Shown: positions 27,801 to 37,497 of the stretch, piece after piece
How positions within the stretch are numbered: position 1 is the first letter of the stretch
Layout of the letters: each line of letters begins with the position of its first letter
Notes under the pieces: model-generated
What the model saw: only the letters and a program-made list of their open reading frames with translations
Databases searched by the model: none
What the model was told of the DNA's origin: nothing
Position numbers and translations under genes: made by a program
Source: a virus
Taxonomy: Duplodnaviria > Caudoviricetes
Direction: 5' to 3' (one strand)
IMG/VR virus record: IMGVR_UViG_3300024999_000137
Span: 1-54,815 of that record
Length of the DNA stretch: 54,815 nucleotides

Positions 27801-30330
27801 TATTTGACCACAATACCGGAGTGGTCAGCGTGGCCAGATAGGCCACAAGAGCTGACATGGCACTGTCGTAGGATGTTTTTTCAGTAGTGATCCCGAATGC
27901 TGTGGCCTGCGCATCAATGCCGGATTGCTCGGCGACGAACACAGCGTGTTGCTGAATAATCGGCGGCTTCTCTACCGGGGTAAGCATGTCCTCGTCGGCG
28001 ATGTCGTTTAGGGCCAAATTGGCCGCGGTAGAAGCGGTTACCGCCGTATTCGCCGTGGATTGTGCAGTTGCCACCAGATCAGCCAACGAGACATCCCCGG
28101 CATAAATTGCCACATCGTCAAGGATATAATCTTCCTGGTTCGACAGGTAGGATCGTATCCTTACCAAGTTGAGAACTGTGGAGGCTACCATCAGCGGATA
28201 GGGACCATATACCACCCCATCCATGACCACTGTAGCCTCACCGGCCAGGCAGTTCACCTGCAGCATCAGATCATGCACCACATTCACAGCGCATGATGCA
28301 ATTGTGATGTCGGCACCTACTGAATTACGATACTTCAAGGCACCGGCTGTCACAGCCAGGGTGAAGGTGGTGCCAAGATCTCCAGAGAGGAGCGGGATAC
28401 CTGAATAAAAAGCCGCTGATGTCCCGCCGATGGATTGATATTTGAACCGGCAGGTGAAAATTACACACGGTGTAGGGGTAATGGCTTTATCAATGGAGAC
28501 TCCTAACCCACCGACATCATCCAGGGAGCGCAAGGCGTAACCGACACCAGAGAGTCCCGTAACGCGGGAGAGTGTGGAGGTAGCAAAGCCGACTGTCCAA
28601 CGAGAAGAGAGATCAGGCACCAGATCATAGGCATCAAAGGACTCAGCAAACAATAGTTCTGCTTTTGAAAGCAAACTCTGTGTTACCAGTGTACTGACCG
28701 CCACCCCACCAACTGTAGTGCCGGCCGGTGCCCCGGCAGTGGATGCCAAAGTCCAGTCACTGGCTGTGTAGCTGCCAGTTTCTCGACCTACGGTACAGGC
28801 CCAGATTTCATCAGCAGTTTTGCGCCAGAGATCCCCGGCGTCATAAGGTGGCGTGGGCTGCACCACGAACACCCGGCGTTTTCCGTCCGCCAGATCAAAA
28901 GCATCTTGAGCCAGGGAAAGTGCCTGAGCAGTGGAATCATTGGTCACATCCCATACATAGGTAGTGCCGTCCAGGGCATAGCGATAAGCCAGACCGCCTA
29001 CCCGATCATAGTAGAGATCCCCGAGGTGCAGAGTCCTGGTATCCGGATCAAGCCAGGTAGATTCCGGGGCAGCCGCCGAACTCGGGACCACATCACCAAA
29101 CCAAATCTCCACCTGACCGTCGAGTTGGTCCTGCAGTGCAGCGATATCAGTAGCATAAGTCACAACATCGACGTAATTTGTGATGACCCAACTTTCAAGA
29201 CCAGTATTCAGCTTTACCCATTCTTCACTATTGATATCGGCCAGCGATACGGGAATGCCGTTGATATTGCCATTGTAATTAATGGTCATGGTAAAATCGT
29301 TGAACTCGGCATTCCCATATGTCGGGCTGGTTGGGTCGCAATCGATCTTGAACCCGCTCACCCCGGTGGAATAGTTGCCGCTCTGCACGGTCCAGGAGAA
29401 AACATCGTGGGCCATCATCTTGTCGGCGCTCACGATTCCGGCGTCCAGCGCATCGGCCTTGATCGTCCCGTCAACGATCATGTTGCCGCGTACCCCGATT
29501 GCCGGCAGTCCGGCTATCGTGCCGATCTGGAAGACAGGCTTGGCTGAATCGAGAGAGGCCGGGTCAACCGCCCCCCAGAAGCTGCCGGCCTGCGGGATAT
29601 GGTTGATGTTCCCGTCCGCGCTCGATGACCAGTAGGCGCCGGAGTAGCTGACGATCTCGCCCATTGGGTACGTCCGCTCATCGTCCCATGGGGAAACAGA
29701 GCTGATAGGCTGAATCACCCGGAATGAATCGGCCACGATATCGAACTGGCTGGCGTATTTCCCGGATTCATCCGTCAGTGCGTCCAGCATCTGGTTTACC
29801 GTTTCGTAGGCCGGTGGGACCACATAGCCGCCCTGCTGGTCTGGCGGTTCCCATGTCGAATACTTTCCGGCATGGCTGACCGCCCGAATCCAGTAATAAT
29901 AGGTGGCCGTGGTGGAGATGGCGTTGTGGTCGAAACTCTCCGTCCCCTTGGTCGCTCCACCCAGCAGGAAGGCCGCGCTGCGCGATTGCTCGCCCACTGA
30001 GCACCACACCTCGTAGTGGTTGATCAGATCCTTATAGTCTGTCGGCTCCGTCCATGTAAGCTTGTTGGAGAAAACCCTGTTCTGCACCTGAAGATTTGTC
30101 GGGGCCTGCGGCACTGCGCCGCTTACCGTCCCGCCGCTCGCCGTTACCGATGGGCTGTAGGAGACAAGAACCGAATCGAGATCCTTGTTGCGCACCACCC
30201 GATCCCGCTCCGTGGCCCGGCCTTCACCTATCTCGATGATCTCCTTCATGGCCGCCAGGAGGTCGTAAAGGGCCGGGTCTATCCCGTTCGGCACATCAGG
30301 GATTGCCGGGAGCTTGATATCACGCGCCAT
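24889..30330 (-). CDS. large tail fibre / host-specificity protein (1813 aa)
   Basis: N-terminal Fn3 (YYYWIRAVSHAG), gpJ-like FDIVADSFRV..VDGTIKAD, internal helical repeats, lectin-like inserts, beta-repeat C-terminus. Confidence 0.85.
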   Translation of the reverse strand: MARDIKLPAIPDVPNGIDPALYDLLAAMKEIIEIGEGRATERDRVVRNKDLDSVLVSYSPSVTASGGTVSGAVPQAPTNLQVQNRVFSNKLTWTEPTDYKDLINHYEVWCSVGEQSRSAAFLLGGATKGTESFDHNAISTTATYYYWIRAVSHAGKYSTWEPPDQQGGYVVPPAYETVNQMLDALTDESGKYASQFDIVADSFRVIQPISSVSPWDDERTYPMGEIVSYSGAYWSSSADGNINHIPQAGSFWGAVDPASLDSAKPVFQIGTIAGLPAIGVRGNMIVDGTIKADALDAGIVSADKMMAHDVFSWTVQSGNYSTGVSGFKIDCDPTSPTYGNAEFNDFTMTINYNGNINGIPVSLADINSEEWVKLNTGLESWVITNYVDVVTYATDIAALQDQLDGQVEIWFGDVVPSSAAAPESTWLDPDTRTLHLGDLYYDRVGGLAYRYALDGTTYVWDVTNDSTAQALSLAQDAFDLADGKRRVFVVQPTPPYDAGDLWRKTADEIWACTVGRETGSYTASDWTLASTAGAPAGTTVGGVAVSTLVTQSLLSKAELLFAESFDAYDLVPDLSSRWTVGFATSTLSRVTGLSGVGYALRSLDDVGGLGVSIDKAITPTPCVIFTCRFKYQSIGGTSAAFYSGIPLLSGDLGTTFTLAVTAGALKYRNSVGADITIASCAVNVVHDLMLQVNCLAGEATVVMDGVVYGPYPLMVASTVLNLVRIRSYLSNQEDYILDDVAIYAGDVSLADLVATAQSTANTAVTASTAANLALNDIADEDMLTPVEKPPIIQQHAVFVAEQSGIDAQATAFGITTEKTSYDSAMSALVAYLATLTTPVLWSNTSGNTTIVRATFIATFTAVYTTRQALLDAINAKAKVLADAAQATGNTAQLTADGKNTVFVQVDVPTANQINDQWIDLGSNNRIQHSDALDNPYWVVNSGVTIVPDAAANYAGEVTADKLQETAIDAYHYITNPVFSYTTGKFYLHSVDVKADGRNYARLAMVAGAFGTLRRVSYNLTTGVAGSINGVPEYYTSRDLGNGWWRICIGHTASITAVTHGALVYSEITLGNASYLGDGVSGILLARQTVTELDSLTEAETHWQAQYIPTTTAPVDNTGYNLLHRWTGTAWESVQDTAILRAQFAADTAQAAADAAQIDATAANNILIDIADEDLLTPVEKPAAIQLRDQLTAEQAGIDAQATAYSIVTEKAAYDTSITSLIAYLATLTAPVLWSVTTGNTIIVRSEFLTAFNAVYATRQALLNKIYDKTKILVTAAQTTADDAALAAAAAALVASTAQDAAIAAQDAADDALFSLAEIVSNDLLTIDEKPRVIRDRDVLVAEQAGIDAQAVIYGITTEKTAYDTVVTALTTYLATLTTPTLWSSLLGNTVIVGSTFQAKFADVYAARQTLLNKIYAVTKTLVDAAALTAVWSSVSGEDKPENGADVTATHTANDTTHVAGTLAETVASNAADAMTAVTNMSADGWLSAQEKALWRVQWPGEEGNFDSVITQATAYGLSADAAVVALQASRDALYSYLSTTLLVWSAPTVATAISPDTQLRDYVEDYYTKLGVAVNVLITGATAVNLGMSPTDVAAWAYDPASRINNQTTTIQGGKITTGTVLAAQLGAGQVFANHVGTNEIIANVANLKNAIVTGAKIAIATIANANMGIASIGEANIIDANVTTLKIAGNAATIPVAAFTEANLSLTSGVLTTVQTCSITTGFDVPVSIVGSSRVGSSGAIVGTIYLYRGASLLYSAAFYFPNLVYGGSGILTFSLTDSPGPNATAYYLKIYTSSAGVQAGSRSLTLIGCKR
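25620..28005 (-). repeat. four ~100-aa internal repeats in the tail fibre
   Basis: I(A/V)xxDxLTxxEKP...AEQxGIDAQA...EKxxYD...YLATLTxPxLWS...GNT.IV...F..VY..RQxLL at ~27700-28005, ~26525-26830 and ~26085-26380, with a degenerate copy at ~25620-25895. Confidence 0.85.
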
Positions 30331-31984
30331 AGAGAACCTCGTCGGGGTTTGACCCTACGCAAACAGAATCGATTATCGCCGTGCCGGACAGGCTCACCTG
30401 CGAGTTCATGCCGCCATACCCGCCGACGATGCGCCGCACAGTCGGCCCGGGTGTGATGGTTTCCGTAAAGACGGCCGCGCCGTTCTCGATCAAGGAGAAC
30501 GTCACATCACCGGTTGATCCATCTTGTGCGATGACCTGGTAATGGGTGAGGGCAAGTTTCTTCTTCTGCTGGAAAACCTTCGACTTCCAGGTGTAAGTTG
30601 CGTCGGCGGCCCCGGCGTCAACCGCATAAACCTTCTTGTCGGCCCCCAGGATGTTGAGATACTCTCCATCGCCGAATGCCGAAGGGATAGCGGTGAGCCC
30701 GGTACTCACGTCGATTACTGCCGCTTCGGCTGCTGTGTCGATGCAGAAGCCGTCCTGGTTGGCATTGAAAAACACATAGATCTTGCCGTCATGGTAGCTG
30801 CAGCGCATATTGGCCGGGCCAAGTGCCTGCCATTGCCGCTTGGTGAACAACGTCCTGGTGATCAGACTCCCAACCCCTTGGGCGATGGCGAACAATCCCC
30901 CTGGCGCAGGGTAGATGACGGAATTTTCCGTAGCGCAGATACCCATGGCAGACTTGCATGGCTGCTTGTCGGCCATGAAAACCTGGCTCAAGCTCGACGG
31001 GTCAAAGCCCTGCAGTGTGCCTGGGCAACCATCCGTAGCGACGACGATGAACCCACCGGCTACGGCTATCCCGACGATGGCGTCGGGGAAGCTGTAGTAA
31101 TATGGCCAGGCATGCGGGTTATTCGGCTCGCACAGGTAAACCTTTTTCCCGGAGAATCCGGCGAGGATGCCGTTCCGGTACGCGACGAGGCCCTTAAGGC
31201 TATCTGGTGGCGGGTTCCATCCTTCCGTCGGCAGTACTTCCAGCAGGTCCTCGTCCGCCGCGTTGTCGGTGAAGGCGGCAAAGTCGAGGGGGAAATCCGT
31301 GTCGCTCTCATCCACATAAGGGACAAGCTGGTATTCGCCGCCGCCGTCTGATCCTGTGTTGAGACGGTACAGCCTGAAACCGGTGATATTGTGGTGGTCG
31401 GAATCGCCACTCGGCTGCGCGAGATCCACGTTCTCCCAGATGACGGTCTGCCCTTCTTCCAGGGTAATATCGCCGGAAGGCGGAGAAGGCGCCGACTCTT
31501 CTCCCCTGGCCGTGATATAGGTGTAGACGTAGGAGACAACCTTGAACGGGTCAGCCCCGGTACTGGCCGGGGTGAGCTGCCAACTCGCCGGAGCTGAGGC
31601 CGGTGTCTCCACTCCCAGCCTGTTCGATACGGTCGGCCAGGTGTCGGCGGTCCCACTGGTGGCAAGCGAGGTGTTCGTCTGCTTCGGCTGCGTCCCATCG
31701 GCATAGAAGATGTGGCCTGGCTCCGTGTCCTCGAAGGACTTCACCACGCTCACGTCATCCGTCCATCCCATCCAGTTTCCGGCAAGACAGTATGCCGTCT
31801 TCAGCGTTCCCGCCTTGGTGAGGGTGGCCCTGGTCAGCAGTCCTTTCATCGGGCCAAGCTGCCCGGAATCAAAGTCGCAGTTCTTGGCGACAACGGCGTT
31901 TTCTTTCGGGATAAGCCGGTCAGAGTACCGCGGCAATCGCGCCTTGAACTGCCTGATAGAAATGGGGGCTTTCAGGTCTGCCAT
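30320..31984 (-). CDS. tail nozzle / tubular protein B-like (stabilization protein)
   Basis: YVYTYITARGEESAPSPPS, NGILAGFSG..YLCEP..PHAWP; podovirus gene order. Confidence 0.8.
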   Translation of the reverse strand: MADLKAPISIRQFKARLPRYSDRLIPKENAVVAKNCDFDSGQLGPMKGLLTRATLTKAGTLKTAYCLAGNWMGWTDDVSVVKSFEDTEPGHIFYADGTQPKQTNTSLATSGTADTWPTVSNRLGVETPASAPASWQLTPASTGADPFKVVSYVYTYITARGEESAPSPPSGDITLEEGQTVIWENVDLAQPSGDSDHHNITGFRLYRLNTGSDGGGEYQLVPYVDESDTDFPLDFAAFTDNAADEDLLEVLPTEGWNPPPDSLKGLVAYRNGILAGFSGKKVYLCEPNNPHAWPYYYSFPDAIVGIAVAGGFIVVATDGCPGTLQGFDPSSLSQVFMADKQPCKSAMGICATENSVIYPAPGGLFAIAQGVGSLITRTLFTKRQWQALGPANMRCSYHDGKIYVFFNANQDGFCIDTAAEAAVIDVSTGLTAIPSAFGDGEYLNILGADKKVYAVDAGAADATYTWKSKVFQQKKKLALTHYQVIAQDGSTGDVTFSLIENGAAVFTETITPGPTVRRIVGGYGGMNSQVSLSGTAIIDSVCVGSNPDEVLYGA

Positions 31985-32619
31985 CAATCCACCCAATCTT
32001 GATCGGCATCTTCAACATAGGCAGCTTCATCCATGTCGGGGAAGAGATTCTTCAGCTCCGCCAGATGCCCGGCGAAGATGCTCATGAATACGTTGAATTT
32101 CGCAAGGTCTCCATTGAGGATGCCGAAGATCTGCGCGGCGGCGTAGCTCCCAAGCAGCGGGACCGTGATGTGGTCCGGGACTACCGTCACTTGATCCGTG
32201 GTCAATGTGAGCGTGTCAGGGGCCAAGAACACGGCGACATCTATCGTTGCGTTGGTGGAGAGCTTCGGCCCGGCATGCAGGACATTCCCCGCGAGGAAAC
32301 AGTCAGTCGGCTGCGGGTCCAAGAATGCCGATCTGCGCTTGGCGACGTAGGATTGCCACGAATCGTGGACCTTGACCGGCTCGCCGTCCCATTCGGCACT
32401 GAGAATTTTCTGCTTGATGCAGGTGGCAGGCATGGTGCCAGTGCAGGTTGAATAGCTGACGGTGACTTCCTCTTCCGAGATCGTCCCCGGCAGATCCACC
32501 CGGCCGGCGACATACTGCAAGCCCTGGTTGATGTACCTGGTGGCGTCCGCGCTGGTGTATTGAGCTGCGGAACAGACGGCGTTCACTTCCGCCAAAATTA
32601 CACTGAGAGCAACACCCAT
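31984..32619 (-). CDS. head-to-tail adaptor (tubular protein A-like)
   Basis: 211 aa between MCP and nozzle; RYINQG and VPDH..PLL.SYAA patterns. Confidence 0.7.
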   Translation of the reverse strand: MGVALSVILAEVNAVCSAAQYTSADATRYINQGLQYVAGRVDLPGTISEEEVTVSYSTCTGTMPATCIKQKILSAEWDGEPVKVHDSWQSYVAKRRSAFLDPQPTDCFLAGNVLHAGPKLSTNATIDVAVFLAPDTLTLTTDQVTVVPDHITVPLLGSYAAAQIFGILNGDLAKFNVFMSIFAGHLAELKNLFPDMDEAAYVEDADQDWVD

Positions 32620-32645
32620 CGGCCTACCTTCTTTTCTTTAGAGGA

Positions 32646-32673
32646 AGGGGACGGGCAACGAAGCCCGTCCCCT
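32646..32673 (-). terminator. hairpin downstream of the major capsid gene
   Basis: AGGGGACGGGC / GCCCGTCCCCT inverted repeat; no clear U-tract on the minus strand. Confidence 0.55.
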
Positions 32674-32704
32674 GGTTAAGTTAAGGGAATCGCTACTCCG
32701 TTAA

Positions 32705-33634
32705 CTACTCTGCGGTGACGCCGGTGTGCTGGCAATGGGCCGCCCGATTCTTGCATACCAGGTTGCCGGACCAGCGGATAAATGCCACCTTCTTGTCGGG
32801 CATGTTTACCTCAGATGCCCACACCGGTTTGGTGAAGTTGAAATCCTCATGGGTCAGCATGTCCAGGAAGCGGGTATTCAGTGACACGATACCCGCAGAC
32901 AGCTTGTTGTCCGAGACAACCGGCTGCCCGCCGAAGAGGATATTGTCGAACCCAGCCGCCGCCAGCTTGGAGTTGGTGAAGCGGGCATTCTGGGTAAGCG
33001 ATGCCTCGAAGGCATCCTTGAGAGCCTCGGTCGCCAGGTACAGATCGGGCTTGCCCTCCATGTTGTCGTCGATGCTGGCGGTCCTGCGGATCTTCTGCAT
33101 GACGGCGAAGCTGATGGCCTCGACAGTGGTGATCTTCTTGGCCGCCCACGGAGCCATGTCATCCTCCTGGATGGTCCCGTATGCCGTGGAGGTCGTAGTG
33201 TTGAACAGATCGGCCAGGCCGTTCATCTTGTTCTCGGTTCGTGCACCGTAGACATCGCCGCCCATGTCGGTGCGGATCTTCTTCTGCGCATTCTTCATTT
33301 TGCCATCAACCATATTGACGATGGCGGCCACGCCGCTATTCTGCTGCTGGTCATCCAGGTCAATGACGATGTTGGCGTAATATGCGGACCACGGGAACCG
33401 GGCCGCATTGTAGATGTTGGTTTTGGTGGTGGACAGCTCGGTGGCTGCGCCGTAGTTGCCACCAGCGGTGTGCGCGTACTCCAGGACAACACGAATCATC
33501 TGGCCACCGGGGATGGTTTTCCCCTTGGACAGAAGTTTGTGCAGCAGGACGTTTGACTTGGTGTAGATGTCGGTTGCCTGCTTCTCGACGTAATCGTCGG
33601 TGATTGCCTGAAGCTCGGTAAGTGAAAGTGCCAT
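32705..33634 (-). CDS. major capsid protein
   Basis: 309 aa after the scaffold; GGQMIRVVLEY, LAAAGFDNILFGG, WSGNLVCKNR patterns. Confidence 0.9.
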   Translation of the reverse strand: MALSLTELQAITDDYVEKQATDIYTKSNVLLHKLLSKGKTIPGGQMIRVVLEYAHTAGGNYGAATELSTTKTNIYNAARFPWSAYYANIVIDLDDQQQNSGVAAIVNMVDGKMKNAQKKIRTDMGGDVYGARTENKMNGLADLFNTTTSTAYGTIQEDDMAPWAAKKITTVEAISFAVMQKIRRTASIDDNMEGKPDLYLATEALKDAFEASLTQNARFTNSKLAAAGFDNILFGGQPVVSDNKLSAGIVSLNTRFLDMLTHEDFNFTKPVWASEVNMPDKKVAFIRWSGNLVCKNRAAHCQHTGVTAE

Positions 33635-33658
33635 GGTATACCATCCTTATGGGTAAGA

Positions 33659-34504
33659 TCAGCCTGCCCGCATCTTGGTGAGGACGGCGGCCATGCTTGA
33701 CCGTCTCGCCTCCCCAGACACCGGGCCTTTGTTGGCTGGTGTTTGCCGTGCGTTTGAGCCGGGCCGTTGCAGCACCGTCTTGGTGCCTTCTGCGCCCTGG
33801 CGTAATTTGTCCTGAGTTGACAGCCCTTTGTCGAACGCCTCTTTCGAGGCAGCCTCAAGCGACTGTCCGGCCTGCATCGCCTTGAAAGCGAAGTAGGCGC
33901 TGAAATTATCGTGCATGGGATTTGACTGCTTGATCGCATCAAGGGAGCCGGACCCTACCAGCTCGTCAAAGTCCGCGTGGTTTTTCTTGAAATTCGTTAC
34001 AATCTCTTCCTGCTTCTGTTTCTGGGTCATCTCGCCGATGTAGCTTGCCGCTTCCTTGCGCCCGAGATCCTTGGACAGCAGGGCCATCTGCTTCAAGCCG
34101 TCGGCCATCGAAATGTCACCTTCCTCCATGGCATTTGCGATTTCCGACACCTTGGCGTCGTAGTCGGGGTTGTCACTCCCGGCCTTGCTGCTTATCTCTG
34201 CAAATGATCGCTGCAGCTCGGCGACCTGTCCGGCCAGATCGGCGTTTGCTTTGCGAAGACCACCTAACTCCTGGCCCTGCTCGCCGAACTTTGAATTGAG
34301 CTGCGCATACCGCTCGGCGTAATCGTCGCCTGCCTTTCCCTTGTCGCCTTCTTCTTTACCACCCGCCTCTCCGGCCCCCTCGTCGTTGCCGACAATCGGT
34401 GTGGCATCAGAATCGGTCTGCAGGCCGTAAGTGTTGTTGTCCGCGCTCACATCATCGTAAGCGACAGACCCGGAAGGGATTGCTTCGTTTTCAGGTACTG
34501 ACAT
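33659..34504 (-). CDS. capsid scaffolding protein
   Basis: Acidic N-terminus; YAQLNSKFGEQGQELGGLRK coiled coil; immediately upstream of MCP. Confidence 0.8.
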   Translation of the reverse strand: MSVPENEAIPSGSVAYDDVSADNNTYGLQTDSDATPIVGNDEGAGEAGGKEEGDKGKAGDDYAERYAQLNSKFGEQGQELGGLRKANADLAGQVAELQRSFAEISSKAGSDNPDYDAKVSEIANAMEEGDISMADGLKQMALLSKDLGRKEAASYIGEMTQKQKQEEIVTNFKKNHADFDELVGSGSLDAIKQSNPMHDNFSAYFAFKAMQAGQSLEAASKEAFDKGLSTQDKLRQGAEGTKTVLQRPGSNARQTPANKGPVSGEARRSSMAAVLTKMRAG

Positions 34505-34583
34505 TTCTTCGCCCTCTCTGCGGTGCCTTTGCTGGGGTGCCTTCTCAGGTCCAGGTCCGGAGTGTCCGCGTTAGGTTTATGGT

Positions 34584-34865
34584 TTAGCCAACCGGCACGA
34601 TGTCGGGGTTGGCTCGTAAAAACTTATTGAGATCCGTCCGCGTCTCGATCTTCGGTGCACTCGGGTCTTGCAGGCTCCCGTTGAGAAGTCCGTCATTGAT
34701 CCATGCTGCGTCATCCCTGAAGACAGCGGGACGGCTGATTATCTTAATCGCCACATCTCCGCATGCCGGGCACACGGTGGCAAACGGACGGTTGTGGATG
34801 CGGTGAACTTCTTCCGAGATCTTCCCGCAGCCCGCGCCCTGACACTCATATTCGTAGGTTGGCAT
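34584..34865 (-). CDS. FmdB-family zinc-ribbon protein
   Basis: MPTYEYEC....CG...CPACG...KIISRP. Confidence 0.85.
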   Translation of the reverse strand: MPTYEYECQGAGCGKISEEVHRIHNRPFATVCPACGDVAIKIISRPAVFRDDAAWINDGLLNGSLQDPSAPKIETRTDLNKFLRANPDIVPVG

Positions 34866-34876
34866 CTGGTTCCGCC

Positions 34877-35161
34877 TTATACCGCTCTCACCACCAGGTA
34901 ATTGACAACCGCATCATCCACACTCGATGCGTCATCGTTGCGGGTAATCGTCAGGGTGTTGGCGGTGCAAACTGCTTTCAACGAGGTGATCGGCGTGCCG
35001 GAATCGTCGCTCTGCAGGGTGACGAACGCCTTGTCGCCGGCCAGGATCTTGCCGTTGGTGATTACCTGGATACCGCCACCGGTGGCCATCTCCACCTCTC
35101 CGGCCGCGATGAATGAATTTGCCAATGGCTGACAACCTGCTGATCCTTTGATATTGCCCAT
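34877..35161 (-). CDS. small beta-rich putative head protein
   Basis: GGAGAGGG RBS; ends VNYLVVRAV; located in the head module. Confidence 0.65.
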   Translation of the reverse strand: MGNIKGSAGCQPLANSFIAAGEVEMATGGGIQVITNGKILAGDKAFVTLQSDDSGTPITSLKAVCTANTLTITRNDDASSVDDAVVNYLVVRAV

Positions 35162-35213
35162 GTTCTTCCCTCTCCGCGCTTTCCGCGCTTATTGATGCTG
35201 CTATTTCAGGTTG

Positions 35214-35249
35214 GAGCCGGGGCCGCCGACACGATGACGGCCCCGGCTC
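35214..35249. terminator. GC-rich hairpin downstream of the portal gene
   Basis: GAGCCGGGGCCG / CGGCCCCGGCTC inverted repeat. Confidence 0.5.
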
Positions 35250-35266
35250 TTCGTTAAGTTTCTCGG

Positions 35267-37255
35267 TTACTGCGCTCCCTGCACCTGCTGCACGGCCTTG
35301 TCCGCCGCAGGCTTGACCGATGGCGGCACGGCTGCGCTCTTCTCTTCGCCTGGATTTGGTTTTCTGGTCTGCGGCTGCAGAAGGAGCTGCTTAAGCTGCA
35401 CGGCTGTCTCCTCGCTCAGGCCAGCGTCGATAAGGATCTGCAAGGCCTGGTCAAGCTGACCTTCGCCCACCCGCTCAAGAACTCCCTTCCAGCCGGGGAA
35501 ATTGAGAGCTTCGAGCAATGCCCGCCTGTCGATGACCCCCATCTTGTAAAGCTCAACCGCCTGCTCCCTGATCTGTACGCTTGTCCTGGCCACCGTTGAC
35601 CCGGACTCAACCACGTATTGGAACTTCCGCCCGGCCAGCATGACGCCGATGATCTCCTGCGGCTGGTCGTCAAGCTCCACCAGCTCCTTGTCCACCCCGA
35701 AGTTCTGCAACATCGAGATGGCGAAACGTCCGCGCATCCTGACGAGGTAGTCAATCGCCCTGATCTTTGCCTGAATCATCACCTCGCCGCGCTCCTGCAG
35801 GGCCATGATCCCGGCTGCCGCAGTTACGCCGTTCGGTGCCTTTCCCCTGGCCGCATCCTCAATCTGGCAAATGCGGTCGAAAAACTGCAAGTAGTTGGAA
35901 AGCTGCTCGAACAGCACCCTCGGCGGGTTTGGAATCTGCAAATACCGAATCCCCTGCCCTGCGGTCCAGGTGGCTGGCTGCAGGATGAGGCCAGGCTTGT
36001 TGGTGATCTGCGAGAGCTTGATGCCGGTATCCTTGGGGACAATCAGCGGCGGCAGCAGTGCCAGCTTGCAATAGGCGTCAATCCTGGCGATCAGCTCATT
36101 AATCCTTTTGAGGATGTCGCCGACCTGCTCATGGACCGCATAGCCCCAGAACATGGACGAATCCTCGAAGGAGTCAGCCTTGCTGAAGGGAAAATGATCG
36201 TACAGGTAGGTTTCCTCGGCAGACCCCATCTCAAGCACCGCGGGGTTGACGTTGGGGTTGTAGCGGTCAACGAGGACGAACTTGCCTTCCCGTGCGATTG
36301 TCACCAGGCGAATGCCGCCAGGATAAACCGGCTGCTCGACCATGATCGGCTCACCGTTTTCATCCACTGCCGGGTTGCCATGCTCGTCAACCTTCGCCGG
36401 GACCAGCTCCGTGGAGTAGTCACGAACCCATACCTCGATGACAAGGGCCTCGCGGGGCCTGCCGTTGAGTCCCTCGGACGCCGACCGCCCGTGGCTGGTG
36501 AAATTGATCGGCAGGTTTCCCGATCCGGCGATTGCCGGCGTGGGCCTGTAGTCCTCCCGCTCACCGCCGAGAAGAGAGTAGTTGTCCTCCTCGCCCACAT
36601 CCTCAACCTCGAAAATCCTCTCGATCTCATCAACCGGCATGGCGTAGGCATGGCAGAAGTACGGCATATCGTCGATGTTGGCGAATACGCCAGGGGCCGG
36701 GAAGGTGCTGAATAGATCGCAGACCACAACATCAGGGGTCTTGCGCTTTGCATCCCACACGGCCTTTTCAATGGTGGACCCGAACGTTTCCATATTCTGG
36801 GCGGACGTGGTAAGCGATGCTCCTTGCTCTGTGTCCGAGTACCACTTCTTGGTCCAGTTGGTCATGAGCACGTCGGCCTGATCGTCGGAGCCGTCCATGG
36901 AGACAACCTCAGCCGTGGGCCTGCGGGCCGTGATGTTGGCCACCGTGCGCTGAATGTTGGCGATCAGCAGGTTGACGACGTTCTTGTGTCGATTTGCCCG
37001 GCTTCTCCCGGAGTTCCACAACGCCCCACGGAACAGGCGATACCCTTCCATCCATCGATCAGGCATCAGCTGGTATTCCCGCCAGGCTACTGAGTTTTGA
37101 AAAAGCTTATAGAAAAACTCGCCGACATCAGGATGGCCGGCCGGGGGGATTTCCCCAAGGTTCCAGCCCTTCGGCGGCGGGGAAACCATCCCGCTCTCCG
37201 CCTGGCCCATCTCGTCGATGCTGATCTGCTCAACCCTCACATCGTCTTCGGTCAT
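35267..37255 (-). CDS. portal protein (P22-like)
   Basis: 662 aa after the terminase; VNLLIANIQRTVANIT..RP, GKAPNGVTAAAGI..LQE patterns. Confidence 0.9.
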   Translation of the reverse strand: MTEDDVRVEQISIDEMGQAESGMVSPPPKGWNLGEIPPAGHPDVGEFFYKLFQNSVAWREYQLMPDRWMEGYRLFRGALWNSGRSRANRHKNVVNLLIANIQRTVANITARRPTAEVVSMDGSDDQADVLMTNWTKKWYSDTEQGASLTTSAQNMETFGSTIEKAVWDAKRKTPDVVVCDLFSTFPAPGVFANIDDMPYFCHAYAMPVDEIERIFEVEDVGEEDNYSLLGGEREDYRPTPAIAGSGNLPINFTSHGRSASEGLNGRPREALVIEVWVRDYSTELVPAKVDEHGNPAVDENGEPIMVEQPVYPGGIRLVTIAREGKFVLVDRYNPNVNPAVLEMGSAEETYLYDHFPFSKADSFEDSSMFWGYAVHEQVGDILKRINELIARIDAYCKLALLPPLIVPKDTGIKLSQITNKPGLILQPATWTAGQGIRYLQIPNPPRVLFEQLSNYLQFFDRICQIEDAARGKAPNGVTAAAGIMALQERGEVMIQAKIRAIDYLVRMRGRFAISMLQNFGVDKELVELDDQPQEIIGVMLAGRKFQYVVESGSTVARTSVQIREQAVELYKMGVIDRRALLEALNFPGWKGVLERVGEGQLDQALQILIDAGLSEETAVQLKQLLLQPQTRKPNPGEEKSAAVPPSVKPAADKAVQQVQGAQ

Positions 37256-37494
37256 CAGGCCCCTCCCTCTCTGTGCCGTTCAACCTTCACCCTGCCGTTT
37301 GCCATGACATACGGCGATTCGCAGTATGGGCAAATCAAATCGCCAGGCACGGCGGCCGGGTGGAACTCTGGCCACCCGTTCCGCTTGATCTCCGGCTTCA
37401 GCCGGAACATGCGGCCTTCCGGCGTCTTCTTCGGGCGGTAATCCCTGGTGGTGACATGGTAGCGGCCTTTGCAGCCTGGGCATACGGTGTCCAT
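37255..37494 (-). CDS. zinc-finger hypothetical protein
   Basis: CPGC...CPYC; TGATG-coupled to the portal. Confidence 0.7.
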   Translation of the reverse strand: MDTVCPGCKGRYHVTTRDYRPKKTPEGRMFRLKPEIKRNGWPEFHPAAVPGDLICPYCESPYVMANGRVKVERHREGGA

Positions 37495-37497
37495 GTC

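Noticed and set aside
24889-30330. Diversity-generating retroelement or invertible tail cassette
   Set aside because: No reverse transcriptase or invertase in the genome, and the repeat differences are not adenine-specific.
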